Below are positions 25,925-37,652 of a stretch of 49,922 nt of DNA, one piece after another. A program made the translations under genes and the position numbers. The stretch comes from Octopus bimaculoides (lineage: Eukaryota). Each line of letters opens with the position of its first letter. Positions within the stretch are counted from its first letter, which is position 1. The stretch is taken from the NCBI RefSeq assembly GCF_001194135.2, contig NC_068982.1, positions 23,510,251 to 23,560,172 of the forward strand. Direction: 5' to 3'. A model generated the notes under the pieces. The model made no database searches. It was not told where the DNA came from and worked only from the letters and a program-made list of their open reading frames with translations.

Positions 25925-26550
25925 CAGAAGGCTTGAGACGTTTGTAGGAAGGCATATATAACTGTCTTAGATCACTGTAATATTAGTATATCATTAATAT
26001 ACATCTTATAAACTAATCTTTACAATTTGATTTTCTACATTGAAGGAGACGCTTGTACAACACTTTTAACTCACTTTCCAAGACACTGCTTGACACAGTT
26101 TGCAAGCTTACTGAATGTATTTGTTATGTGAAAACAATTTAAAAGCTCGCTTTGCAATAAAGGTTTGTGTTAAACTGGGCCAAACCTTTATAAGAACTTA
26201 TGAAATGCATAGGACCGCTTGTGAATTGACTTGTATGAGCCGATTATTTGCTTTCCTAGAATAAGCGGGAAAGCAAAGCAGGTTCATCGAGAAGTATATG
26301 ATGATCCCCTTTACCAGAAGCAATGGCGTCATCTACATCAACTGGCCATCTCCTAACCAGATAGCCAACAAAGGGTACCTCATGGATATACTGAAGGAGA
26401 CCAGAATGAGATTTCATCCTAAAAGCCCAGAGTATATATACCAGGACAATGCACGTTTCCAAAATTCCTTCTTAGTGACAACCTACGTAAGAGCGATTGG
26501 CGTCAAGACTGTCCCCAATCCTCACTAAAATCCAGATCATGCTCCCTCAC
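25925..26550 (+). mobile_element. internally deleted mariner transposon remnant
   Basis: KARFAIKVCVKLGQTFIRTYEMHRTACELTCMSR (N-terminal HTH, from about 26142) is joined to GVIYINW...NKGYLMDILKE...QDNA..NS.LVTTY...GVKTVPNPH*NPDHAP (QDNA and YSPDLAP-like catalytic motifs). The 5' boundary is approximate. Confidence 0.85.
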
Positions 26551-29500
26551 TCTCTCTCCCACTCTCACTCACTCTCTTTCTCGCTCTGCTTCTCTCTCTC
26601 CCGATGTACATATATATAATTAATATAGTACATTCTGTCATCTGCATATACATACGTGCATACACGAATCTAGAGAGGTGTGCGTGTGAACACGTGTAGA
26701 TGTGTGTGTTAATGCATGAGTACACATGAATTATTACATTCCGAATTAGCTAACAACTTTCTGTTAGTGATTAATTTAAAATATATTTTTCAAAAATTTA
26801 TACCTGAATTTGAATTATCTTTTTTTTTTCCACATAAGAAAATAGATATAAAACTGCATAAAGATCCAATGAGGTTTAATATAATTGATAGAGTGATGTA
26901 AACATGTTTTCCTCTAGATTATACATTACTGAAGCAGATCCTGTTGCCCGAATAATAATGCGATGTTTTGTAATGTCTCAATTAAACAGTGTTTGATGTA
27001 AGCTGGAAATTGAGGTACATTGCACCTTGACACGTAACAGAAATGCATATCCTACGGATAATGATATTGGTAGCACTGTATAACTGATATAACTGGCATT
27101 TAACAGCTTGTAGTGGATACGGAAGCGAAATGAAAATAGGATATATGGAGAAATATAATGCTGTACAGCTACAAAAAAAAAACAATGTGTTAATATATAA
27201 TTATACATGATTTAGAGACATGTGGATGTTGTATACTTTTAGATTTGCAACCGAACTGTTCTTGGGGACAGGCTTAAAACGTAGATGTGTATTGTAATTT
27301 AAAATAATTGTCGATTCTGTAGTCTTACGCTTCTTCTTTTGTTGGTTTAAACGTNNNNNNNNNNNNNNNNNNNNNNNNNNNNNNNNNNNNNNNNNNNNNN
27401 NNNNNNNNNNNNNNNNNNNNNNNNNNNNNNNNNNNNNNNNNNNNNNNNNNNNNNNNNNNNNNNNNNNNNNNNNNNNNNNNNNNNNNNNNNNNNNNNNNNN
27501 NNNNNNNNNNNNNNNNNNNNNNNNNNNNNNNNNNNNNNNNNNNNNNNNNNNNNNNNNNNNNNNNNNNNNNNNNNNNNNNNNNNNNNNNNNNNNNNNNNNN
27601 NNNNNNNNNNNNNNNNNNNNNNNNNNNNNNNNNNNNNNNNNNNNNNNNNNNNNNNNNNNNNNNNNNNNNNNNNNNNNNNNNNNNNNNNNNNNNNNNNNNN
27701 NNNNNNNNNNNNNNNNNNNNNNNNNNNNNNNNNNNNNNNNNNNNNNNNNTATATATATATATATATATATATATGCATTACATATATATAAGTATGTATA
27801 TTTAAATTTTGTTGTCGCATACATAATGTTATATGATACAGTGATATAGATTTTTCACAGATATTCAACATGATACTTTTGAAAAGGAGAAAAGTTTGAA
27901 TTTTTCAATTTTTACAGCTTTTTCAAGATCAATTTATAAGAAGTGTGGAGTAGATCTCCCGGAAATCGAAAAATACAATTTTGCAAAACTTAATTTCCTT
28001 TAATCTCTGTCTGAGAATCATTTTCAGGGAAAACACGAGGAATATCTCTCAAACCAATAACTTCTTTCAAGAATGCTTTGCCATTATTTTACAATGGCTT
28101 AGTTACGTAAATATTTTCTGGTCAATATGAAGGTACGTTCGTAGGTAGATTTCTCCAGAATACTTGGTATTTATTAATGACAAAGTAGTACACAAACATG
28201 TGGCTCAATCTCTCCTGCCTATGTCATGAGTTTACTGAAAAAGAAATAAGTAATAACAAAACGTGTTACTTCATAATGTTGCCTACGCGAGTAATATAAG
28301 AGAATAGCCGCAATTGTCCTTACACCTGGGCAGCTTTTGTTGAAACACGGTATAATGTTTTGTTATACATTTAGTTCTTCTGTTGTAACGCGGTATTTCT
28401 ATACGACAAAATTTACGTTACCAGCAAGATTCTTTGACGTGAACATTATGGGATGACATTAACACATTTTATAAGATCAAACCCTTGACCCACGTTAATT
28501 TCAGCTAGTATGGATTTAAATGATATATTGAGGCATTAAGTGCGATTTAAAGTCAGATAAATAGTAAATGTGTACAGGGGAAAAACGCATGTATATATCA
28601 TGGTTCTTTCATTTGACATGAATTTAAGCTATGTCACTTGAAGGTAGAACTCTTTATTTCGTACAATAAATATCCAGAAAGGGACATCGTCAATATATAA
28701 GACATTAATCTACAGATATCGTTAAAGCTTTGCTGCACCAGCATTTACATTGTAGAACTACATTTGATCATTTAGCACAGAAAAAAAACAACAAAGATAA
28801 AGTGGTACTTAGCCGGGATTCACCATGCAAGTTAAAATGAAATCGAACGATACGATATAACAGGTCGTCTAAATCGCGATTCTCTGACAGAACGCGTTTC
28901 CATTGAAAGCTTTTGCTCAATTGTATTTAGACGCATACATCAAATATTACTAAAGCTTCGTTTCCGTCAATTTTAAATATCAGAAATTGTCTCTACGATT
29001 TAACAAACGTATATCTCTTTTACCGATCTTTTTACTTAAATTCAGATAACGAACAGTCTGTAATTAAATTAGCGACAATAAAATAAAATATAGATTAAAC
29101 TTTTTATGATGACAGACGTAATTCTTATCAGCAAAGGCAAGACGGTTGATAGATATTGCATATGTACAGTGATAAGAAATTGCCAACGATATTATCAGAG
29201 TACCTACGTTAAGTATACATTTATTGAGAAAGTAATGCATGTAGGCTCCTGAAATTATTAAAGAGATTTTCCTCTCGCTCTGACGTTAATATTTTTAGTA
29301 CACAATTTTTGATCTCATGCAACTTAGAATGAATAGACGTATGTTCGAAAGTGTTACATGTGACAACATTTCGTGGATACGTCCTTCTGACAAAGTGTTT
29401 TAATGACAACCTTTGCAAAAACGTTCTCACATTTTTAGTATAGCTTGAGGAGAATAGAGATGCTATTTCTAACAGGCCTCGTAAAATAAATCAGAAGTAA

Positions 29501-30559
29501 AACTAAAAACGAACGTAAAAGGAATTCTTGTAGGCATGTAAAAATTAATGTTAAGGAATGCGTGGATTGGTTGCGAAGATGTAAGCTTGCATTAACTATT
29601 GGTGTCGAAATTTTATACAGAACTCTTGTGCCAAAACATAAACAAAACATGAATACTTACGAGATGGCAGGACACGTAGTGGACAAAGAAATTTGCCAAT
29701 ATATATATATATATATAACATTATGCCCTGACTAAAAAAATACTTGCTTCAAGTGAATATAGAAGATCAATGTAACTATAATTAACTATATTTAACTATT
29801 TTTGACAATACGTCTATTTGTGGCTAGTTACAAATCAGTGCAAGGTAGAAAATGCATTGATGTACAAATGAATAAGCATTTTGCAACAGGTCACCTACAG
29901 AGTTAAGTTGCTAGAAATGTAAAGACAACCTTGCGAACGAGTTTATTAGAATGATAACTTGGCGATTGCTGAGGAGAAAATGAGATGGGTTATAAGGACT
30001 ACTGCGAGACAGAATTTACACTATTAATTATCAACACATTCACGAAATGGAATGCCACAAACAATATTATGTTTCAGTGTTCGAAATGGAATATCAATGG
30101 AAGTCGTTATTTTGGACTTATGCCCGAAGTGTTCGAGCTTAAACGAGTAATTTTGTTTGAAGAAATGAAATTATCATTTCATATCGAGTTTATCTTCAAA
30201 GGATCTTCTCTAAATTACAATGAAATTGTAACTGTAACTATTAATCGAAATTCATTCATAGTATTGTGATTTTTGTAATATAACAAGATGCACAAATGCA
30301 GAAATGATACACCAGTTTCTCACATGTGATAGATAGGTCTCTTGTATCTCTTTCTCTCTCTCTGTGTGTCTCTCTTATACATACGCATCCATAATTTTAC
30401 ATGTATGCCTGATATGTATGTATTACAAGATTATGAGCACATGAAAGAGTGTGTGAGCGGAAGTGATCGTGTATTTAAAAGAGATTACATGATTACTAGA
30501 ACAATAAATATAGTTTGCTAAGTGAATGTAGAATATATATATATAATGTGTGACAATTA

Positions 30560-30757
30560 TTCGGTAGCCATGATAAAACTCCGAGTTTCGGATGCCGGGG
30601 CGGAGACCAACGCCGCCATCTCTTCAGTTATCTGGCCATTGAAAATTGCTATGAAAATGACCGTTAAAGAAAGGGAAATTACTGTGTGGTTGACGGTCAT
30701 TAAGAGAAAAGAGCTATTAGAATGACCGCTAAGTTCGGGGAGCGAGTAAAGGTAAGG
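30560..30757 (+). promoter_or_regulatory. candidate promoter/first exon: CpG-rich patch with GC box, YY1-like site, ATG and splice donor
   Basis: 7 CpG in about 65 bp (30561-30625). GGGGCGGAG at 30597-30605. GCCGCCATCT at 30612-30621. ATG at 30722 opens MTAKFGERVK and ends at AAG|GTAAGG (donor 30752). No matching downstream exon was identified. Confidence 0.35.
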
Positions 30758-30900
30758 GAGTAAAAATGTCCATAGTATTCGCGTAAGTGCAGCAATCCAT
30801 ACATACACATGCGCACCCGCACACCCGTATACATGTGCATATATGTATATACTCATCCACCCTCGCTTGAAACACGCACATACTCACCCACACATTCACC

Positions 30901-30946
<46 letters not shown>

Positions 30947-31064
30947 AGCATACACGCTCACATACACACGCGTGCAAAAAAGGTTCATACGCACGTCAAT
31001 ATACGCATATGCCCAAGAAAATACAGGGCTAAAGGCAAAATACAGAAAAAAAAGTGTTAAAAAG

Positions 31065-31330
31065 TGAAATTACCCTCAAGGCCTGATTCAATAATTACAC
31101 CTTGAGCTTGAGGCACTGGGATAAAAGGAAAACGTCCAAATTATACAGTCATATATGGTCCTTAAAATATAAAGCTGTCAGTAACAACATGTCTAAATTC
31201 AAGAACTGAAATATTCGGGTCATGTCCACATGTGGCTAAATATTTGCTACGATTTTGGTCCCCCCACCCCCGAGATTACTGATAGGACTTGTTTTTTTAT
31301 ATTGTGTCTATGTACAAGCTGTTTATCTCT
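31065..31330. repeat. unclassified interspersed repeat (degenerate)
   Basis: gggataaaaggaaaacgtccaaattatacagtcatatatggtcctt...aaagctg...gtccacatgtggctaaata...ctgataggactt resembles a common octopus repeat from memory. There is no second copy in the window. Confidence 0.4.
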
Positions 31331-31490
31331 ATACTTTGTACTTATATTTCTTATATACATACATACATACAGACTTAATCACTTACATATGGCAGTTGGT
31401 TTTTTAAAACTTATAATGGTTTTAGAGTAGAAAACATTGAACAAATGAAAAACAGATAAGCAGAAACGTGTCTTGCTTCTTAGTATTTAC

Positions 31491-31546
31491 TAAGGCAGAG
31501 AGCAGGCAGAATCATTAGCACGCTGGGCGAAATGCCACTAAGAACA
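31491..31546 (+). mobile_element. isolated SINE head fragment
   Basis: aggcagagagcaggcagaatcattagcacgctgggcgaaatgc matches the head at 8523-8563. Confidence 0.65.
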
Positions 31547-32141
31547 GATGAGCGTAGATGAAAACTATAAAAATAACCGTTTTCGAAAAGGGCTCAAATT
31601 GTACTTGAAGCAGTGACTTTTTATCGTTAGTACACACACACATGCACAGTAACTTACATTCACACATATACATACACATACAAACAGGCACACACATGTA
31701 AAAGAATAGTATAAAATATGGATTCTGACAATTGTGTGACCATCGCAGTAGGTCCGTCCGACGGAGTTGGACATCAGTTCATCAATTACAAAACAGCTAA
31801 ATTGACAAGGATTCACTTGTCTGTGAAACAGCAGCATAGTCGAGATGTGTTTTCTTCTCTTACTCTTGTGTTTTGCAAACGTCTTCAAAATGACTTTCTA
31901 AAATGAAATTCCTTTATGCAGCTGAGGAGTACATTTTCATTGTATTTTCTGTAGTGTTCTCACTACATGAATAAATGGAGCTTGTACGAAACGTACGTGC
32001 TGCTATAACCTATTGAATTTTGGTTGCTTAACTTCAAATTTTATTCACTAAATCTCTTGATTTTGTTTTTGGTTTTTATCCTACCAAATTCTGGTGCCTC
32101 AGACATTCTAAGTACCACATTTAATCTTTTGATTAAATCTA

Positions 32142-32142
<1 letters not shown>

Positions 32143-32213
<71 letters not shown>

Positions 32214-32220
32214 TATATAT
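32143..32220. repeat. (TTA)n-(TA)n microsatellite
   Basis: Read directly from the sequence. Confidence 0.95.
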
Positions 32221-34067
32221 GTCGCGTGTGTATGGTTATGTCTACGCGAGTGCGTGTGTATGTATGTGTATATGTGCGTGCGTGTGTTTTGATGCAATGC
32301 TAGATTGGTAGGATGAAGAATTAACAAACATATAATAGTTTAGTTTCGATAGCGTCAAGTAAGTGTCATGTAAGTACGCATCCAATAGCAGTCAAGAAAA
32401 ATACGTCTTCGCAGCACTGCATGCCTCTCGTAATATGGAACCTATAAAGGAAATAATACTATTGCTCCCAGTGTCACGCTGAAATGTTCGCTTCCTTTCA
32501 TTGACTGATTCATGACATTACGTACAAAATAAAAATACAAAAACGATGATCTGAGAAGAACTACTTTGTCTTTAAAGATATCAATATGCTGAAAAGTTTC
32601 ACGCAATGTTAAGTCGTAAGTTTATTTCTAATACTTGGATTTCAATTAAAGCAAACATCAAGAAGATATACAAATTTAAAAAAAAAAGAAATTCAACGCA
32701 AGTTGTAATCTTAATTCCTGAAACTAAACTTCACTTGACGCTCAACAGTTCTATAGGTACTTACGAACGTTACTCTGCGAACTCTGACTAAATTCAGCAA
32801 ATGGAATTCCCCGTACCGAAATGTTTTACAATAATATACTGCACCTTCTCACAACATATATGTAACTTATGCATTGAAAAGTGAAAGCTTTAAGAATGCT
32901 ATTCTTAATTTTACCCCACCTCATGTCTCGGAGTTTTACTTGTAACAAATATTATTTCGCAAATGCTGTAGAAAAATCTTTGCCTCAATATTACAGAAGA
33001 ACTCAAAGATCTCATGTTGATGCTAATAACAGTAATTCTGTATACAGACGATATTTCTAGGTAACTGCACCGGGATTTTAGGCTATATAGCTGATGCATG
33101 GGGTACCTCAATTGCTGGAATATGAAGAGTTTTTTCTTGCTTGTCTCCCTTAAAATTCATTCGCCGAGCATTTATTTTCTATTGTCCTTGCCAAGCATCT
33201 CTAACCGTGGTAAATACTCATCTCGTAAAGTGGTGCATTAAACTGATTATATCAAGGTTTCCCACATTTTGCCATGGATATATGAAATACATCGATATTG
33301 ACGTAAATTTCTTGCCGATTTCAGTACTAGTAATTTAAATCGGTGTTATTGAGGAAGTTATCTGAAGAAAATCTTGTAACTTCTAGATCTGGGAATGAAA
33401 TAATCTATAGAATTTAATAAATACATATTCAAACATTTATTCTTCGATGATTTTTAAATAAACAATATAATACTTCGATCAGAAATAGGAATACATTAAT
33501 CTATTTCTCAATTCGACAACAGTTACATTTACATATTAATTTATTATGCAGGCCGTCTTTGGGATATACTTTTATAGGATGTATCATTCTAACCAGTTAA
33601 TGTGATGTACCCACTCATGTGCTCCTTCTTTGTATAGATATAGATAGCAGGATAATAAGTCAGGTGCACTCACAACAAAAGAGTCGTAACAATGAAGTGG
33701 AATCTAAAGTATTTGTTCAGACGTTTCGTACCATGTTAAGGCGTCCGTTTCTTAGTTTTACTTTACTTTTGACAGAAGGATAGTCGTCTTGTCTTTTCAA
33801 GAGCTTTTATTCGTTCGTATAATTGTCCATAAGTTCAAATGAATGCTGATCATAGAATTTCAGCTTTTTTGCACCTAGCCTGCCGGGAGTAAGGAAATGT
33901 TGGATAGGTACGTTATATTATTTACATTACAGCGACACATATTTTAGAAACGAGAAAAAATAAAGTTTGTTGATGGTATCATTTTTGCTCATAGGGGATT
34001 AGTTGTATATAAAGTGACGGTAATATTGTTTTAAACATAAGGGCAGATGCAGGTACAAGGGCACCGG

Positions 34068-34250
34068 TGTACGAGAATAATGCAAAATGGGCATCTTTGA
34101 AATCGCATATGTTGCTAGAATAGCACTTCTTCTCTAATAGCATTTCATGCTATTCCTCACTGTCTCGCGTTCCAGAAGTGGAAACCTGGCGTCATTCAGT
34201 TCTTGACAAATGAGGGGTACAAGGTATCAGACATCAAATCAATTCAAAGG
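34068..34250 (+). mobile_element. possible very degenerate mariner 5' remnant
   Basis: 34188-34235 reads GVIQFLTNEGYKVSDI, similar to the mariner N-terminal pattern R.VI.FL..EG....EI. An upstream TAcgag could be a decayed TIR start. Confidence 0.4.
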
Positions 34251-37200
34251 GTTGATTAGAGATATGATATTTTTGATGGAATCAATGCGAATAGCTGGAT
34301 TACGATATTTACAGAAAGAGAATCATGCATAGAAGGCACAACGCCCCGCGAGTTGACAAATTGATTCTCTATTTCAAATCGAATTAATTTCAGCGAAGGT
34401 AAATGTGTACGATAGAAAACATTCATATTACTCCAAATTTTCAAAACTATTTTCTCCTTATGCATTCTGAATTATTAAACCCTCAACTACTTAATACAGA
34501 AAACGGTCATTTAAGTTGAACTGGTTAATTTCCATACGCGTATATTTATAGTGTAAAACAAATCAAATCAAACAAATGTCTCAAAATTACTTTATGTACT
34601 TCTTTTAATGAAGCTCAGTCACTAACAAAAATCAAAATGAATTTAGCTTCTGAGAAGCCGACTTTATCTTCCAAGAAAGTAAAAACTACTGGACAAAATA
34701 CTTTAAATGATACAAATCTCCAGATAAACAAGTACAGTTGCTCTCCGTTAACACATGATTTTGTTTCTAAATGGTTAACCTGCTGCCAAACTTCGCGCTA
34801 AATACCAGTGCATCGACAGATGGAACAATCTCAATGGTCAGAGTTAAATAGCGTTCTATTATAACAGGACAACTAGAAGATGATTTAATTAATAACTGCT
34901 GCTCTCTTTACAACTATAATACTAATTTTCGGACTGAAGTAGATATAACTTTTCCTACAATTCTTCTATCTCTTCATTAGTAAAAAATATATATAACTCA
35001 GTCTCTGTGCAACGAAACACGCTATAAACAAATGACTTCGTCCTAGTAGAGTGCTTCCATCAAATATCTTTACATTTTATCAATCGCTTCTAAGATGTTG
35101 TCTTCTGTAAGATAATTAAAGTAATGTGATATCTACGCCATTAATTGCTTTGTACTAAGAAAAACGGTCAGAACGGAATTACCGTTTCTGTCTACGAATA
35201 TTAAGGACTTATAATTACCAAAGAGAAAATAAAACGAATGTATATAAATGTGTGACAGTTCTTCTTTAGTCTTTATTCCGCGAAGCTTACTTCACGCAGG
35301 AAAGTGATAAAATTGATGTAGATGATTATCTCCTTTGCTACAGAAAGGGACAACCATAAAAGAACACCTTATGATGTAACCACTCGTCAAGGCAAACGCC
35401 CTTTTTTCGGCCCTCGGTAATGTAGGACACTTTTGTTGTTAGCGTAAGTGCTAAATAGACATATAGATTAAGCAAAAATGAAGGGACGGATTACCAGATA
35501 ACTGCAACAGTGATTACAATCTCAACTGCATAGTTATCTTCGAAGGAGGAAAAAGCACCTTAAGCAGTGTGCAACGCTTAGAGAAGTCACATTTTGCACA
35601 AGCCGTATGACAAGCATGACAAGAAACACAGTCTTCACACAAAGGAAATTACTCAATACTTAAACAATTAGTGTAATCTGACTCCGGAGAAATAATTTTC
35701 CCTGCCGCACCTAATGGATACATTTTAAGATAATTTTAGGAAAATTAATTTCCATTGAAGCAGGTTTCTACCGCAATGGCTTTAAGTGTAAGGGCTGATA
35801 TATGGTCACTCCTGAAAAGTAAATATATGTACAATATTGACAAATGACTTGGATAGGTAGTGCTAATGAAGACGGATAAGATGTAACACATTGCCTTACA
35901 CACGTACATGCCCTCTAGATTACATTACAAGATCTCGAAAATAACACCTACCTGATTGCTGAAGTGTAAAACGTCCTTCATACACAATGTGCAAAAGACC
36001 ACAATGTGTGCACATGTTATTGACTTCAGTGCATACCTGAAAGATTCTTTATTCGATGATGGGAAAGAAAAACACATATTTGTTACGACATGGAGGTTGA
36101 AGTTAATAACAATATCTTGGCAGCGTAATTTGCTGAACTGTTACTTCTGTTCGAGAAGACGTCAGTTTCCTGTTGACACAAAGTTTAGTGAAGACAAAAT
36201 ACAATAAAGGTATATAATACAATCATCAGTATCTCTCAAGTAATCGTATTGAAAGTTTATTCTACCCCTCACACAACAAGTAAATACGAGTGTGTTTCTG
36301 AAAGTGCTATCCTGGTCCCAAAACATCATATTGTGCTGGATATTAATGCTATCAATAAGCCACATGTCTCAGTCTAATCTTATGTTTCAATTAGGTTCAC
36401 AATAACACTTAGCGCTAACGACGCTACCAACCCAAAAGTTTTCCAGTCGTCAAATTTCTTCAGTACTAATTTCTTCAGTTGATCCGCTCAACTCTCTGCA
36501 ACCGATTGTAGAGCACATATTACGTTGCTGGGGAATTGGAGCGTCGCATCAAATTATCTCTAAAGTTAGGTATAAACATCAACAATTTTTCACACGATGT
36601 TATGCACTTCACTATTGTATCTGTTTGGGCCAAGTGTGATATTTTCGCTCAATGAATACATATTTTATTCATTGATACAAGAATTATTCCAAGTATTTTC
36701 TCAGGCACCCGTTAGAGAAAATTCCTTTTTCTACTGTTTAGTTTTACTTGTTTTGCTTTCTCCATTTTCAGCTCTGCGTTTTTATACATGTTTTGCAAAG
36801 GATTTTCTTGAGTCAGAAAATGAAATTATAAAAATCAGTATCAAATACTTTACAAACCTGAAAAACTTCAATTAGAGACGGATATGTGTATCTCAGAGTA
36901 ACAGCATTCTCGTTCTGGCGATACCATGACTGCTCCCATTTTTTTGAATTTGCTGCAACAATTTGTCTTGCTAAGTATTGAAAAGGAATCGAAAGAATTG
37001 GTACACAGGATAAAGACGGTCAGCAGTATAGCCTTAATATTCAGCAGATTTTACAACACTAGGTTTTCTTTTTGAATTCCTATGGGGATGTTTATGTTAT
37101 TTTTATGGAGATGTGGTATGAAAGAGGAAACAGTCGACAAATCGAGGGCAGCTATACAACAACAATTTAAAAGATGAGAAGAATATTTCTTCATGTTTGC

Positions 37201-37390
37201 TATTCTGTTGTTTCGCGTTGTCATCAGTTTTACAACAAGTATTGATTTTTAAAAATGCAATCATATCAATTGTTTCTATCAAATAATGGAGATGAATGCA
37301 TTTTAATAAACACAGTTTATAAGCTTTCAATATGTGAATATTCTTTTGGGACGCCCTCTTCTTCTAAGCTCAAATTATGTTGGGTATGTA

Positions 37391-37578
37391 CGAGGGGGTG
37401 CTGAAAAGCTCTTGGCTTTAAGGGTTTTGTGTAAAGCCTGGTTGAAGTTCTTTTATTGATCTTAGTAAAACTGCTGCAATAAGTTTGTGAATCTGAGAAG
37501 GGGGAATATGCTGAATTATTAACTGAACCTCCTGAATGTTCTTTTAGTGAAAGCCTGGAACTTTCTAACACCCCCTTG
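37391..37578 (+). mobile_element. 188-bp mariner-derived MITE with ~29-bp TIRs and TA target duplication
   Basis: Left end TA|cgagggggtgctgaaaagctcttggcttt; reverse complement of the right end is TA|caagggggtgttagaaagttccaggcttt. The interior carries NKFVNLR/GEYAE, the C-terminal W.KC..L.G.Y.E motif of mariner transposases. Confidence 0.88.
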
Positions 37579-37612
37579 TATATTATATTACACTGTATAT
37601 GAGTGAATGAGT

Positions 37613-37652
<40 letters not shown>

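Noticed and set aside
33061-33124. GNCTGILGYIADAWG, reminiscent of a transporter motif
   Set aside because: The frame closes after 21 codons and there is no credible donor.
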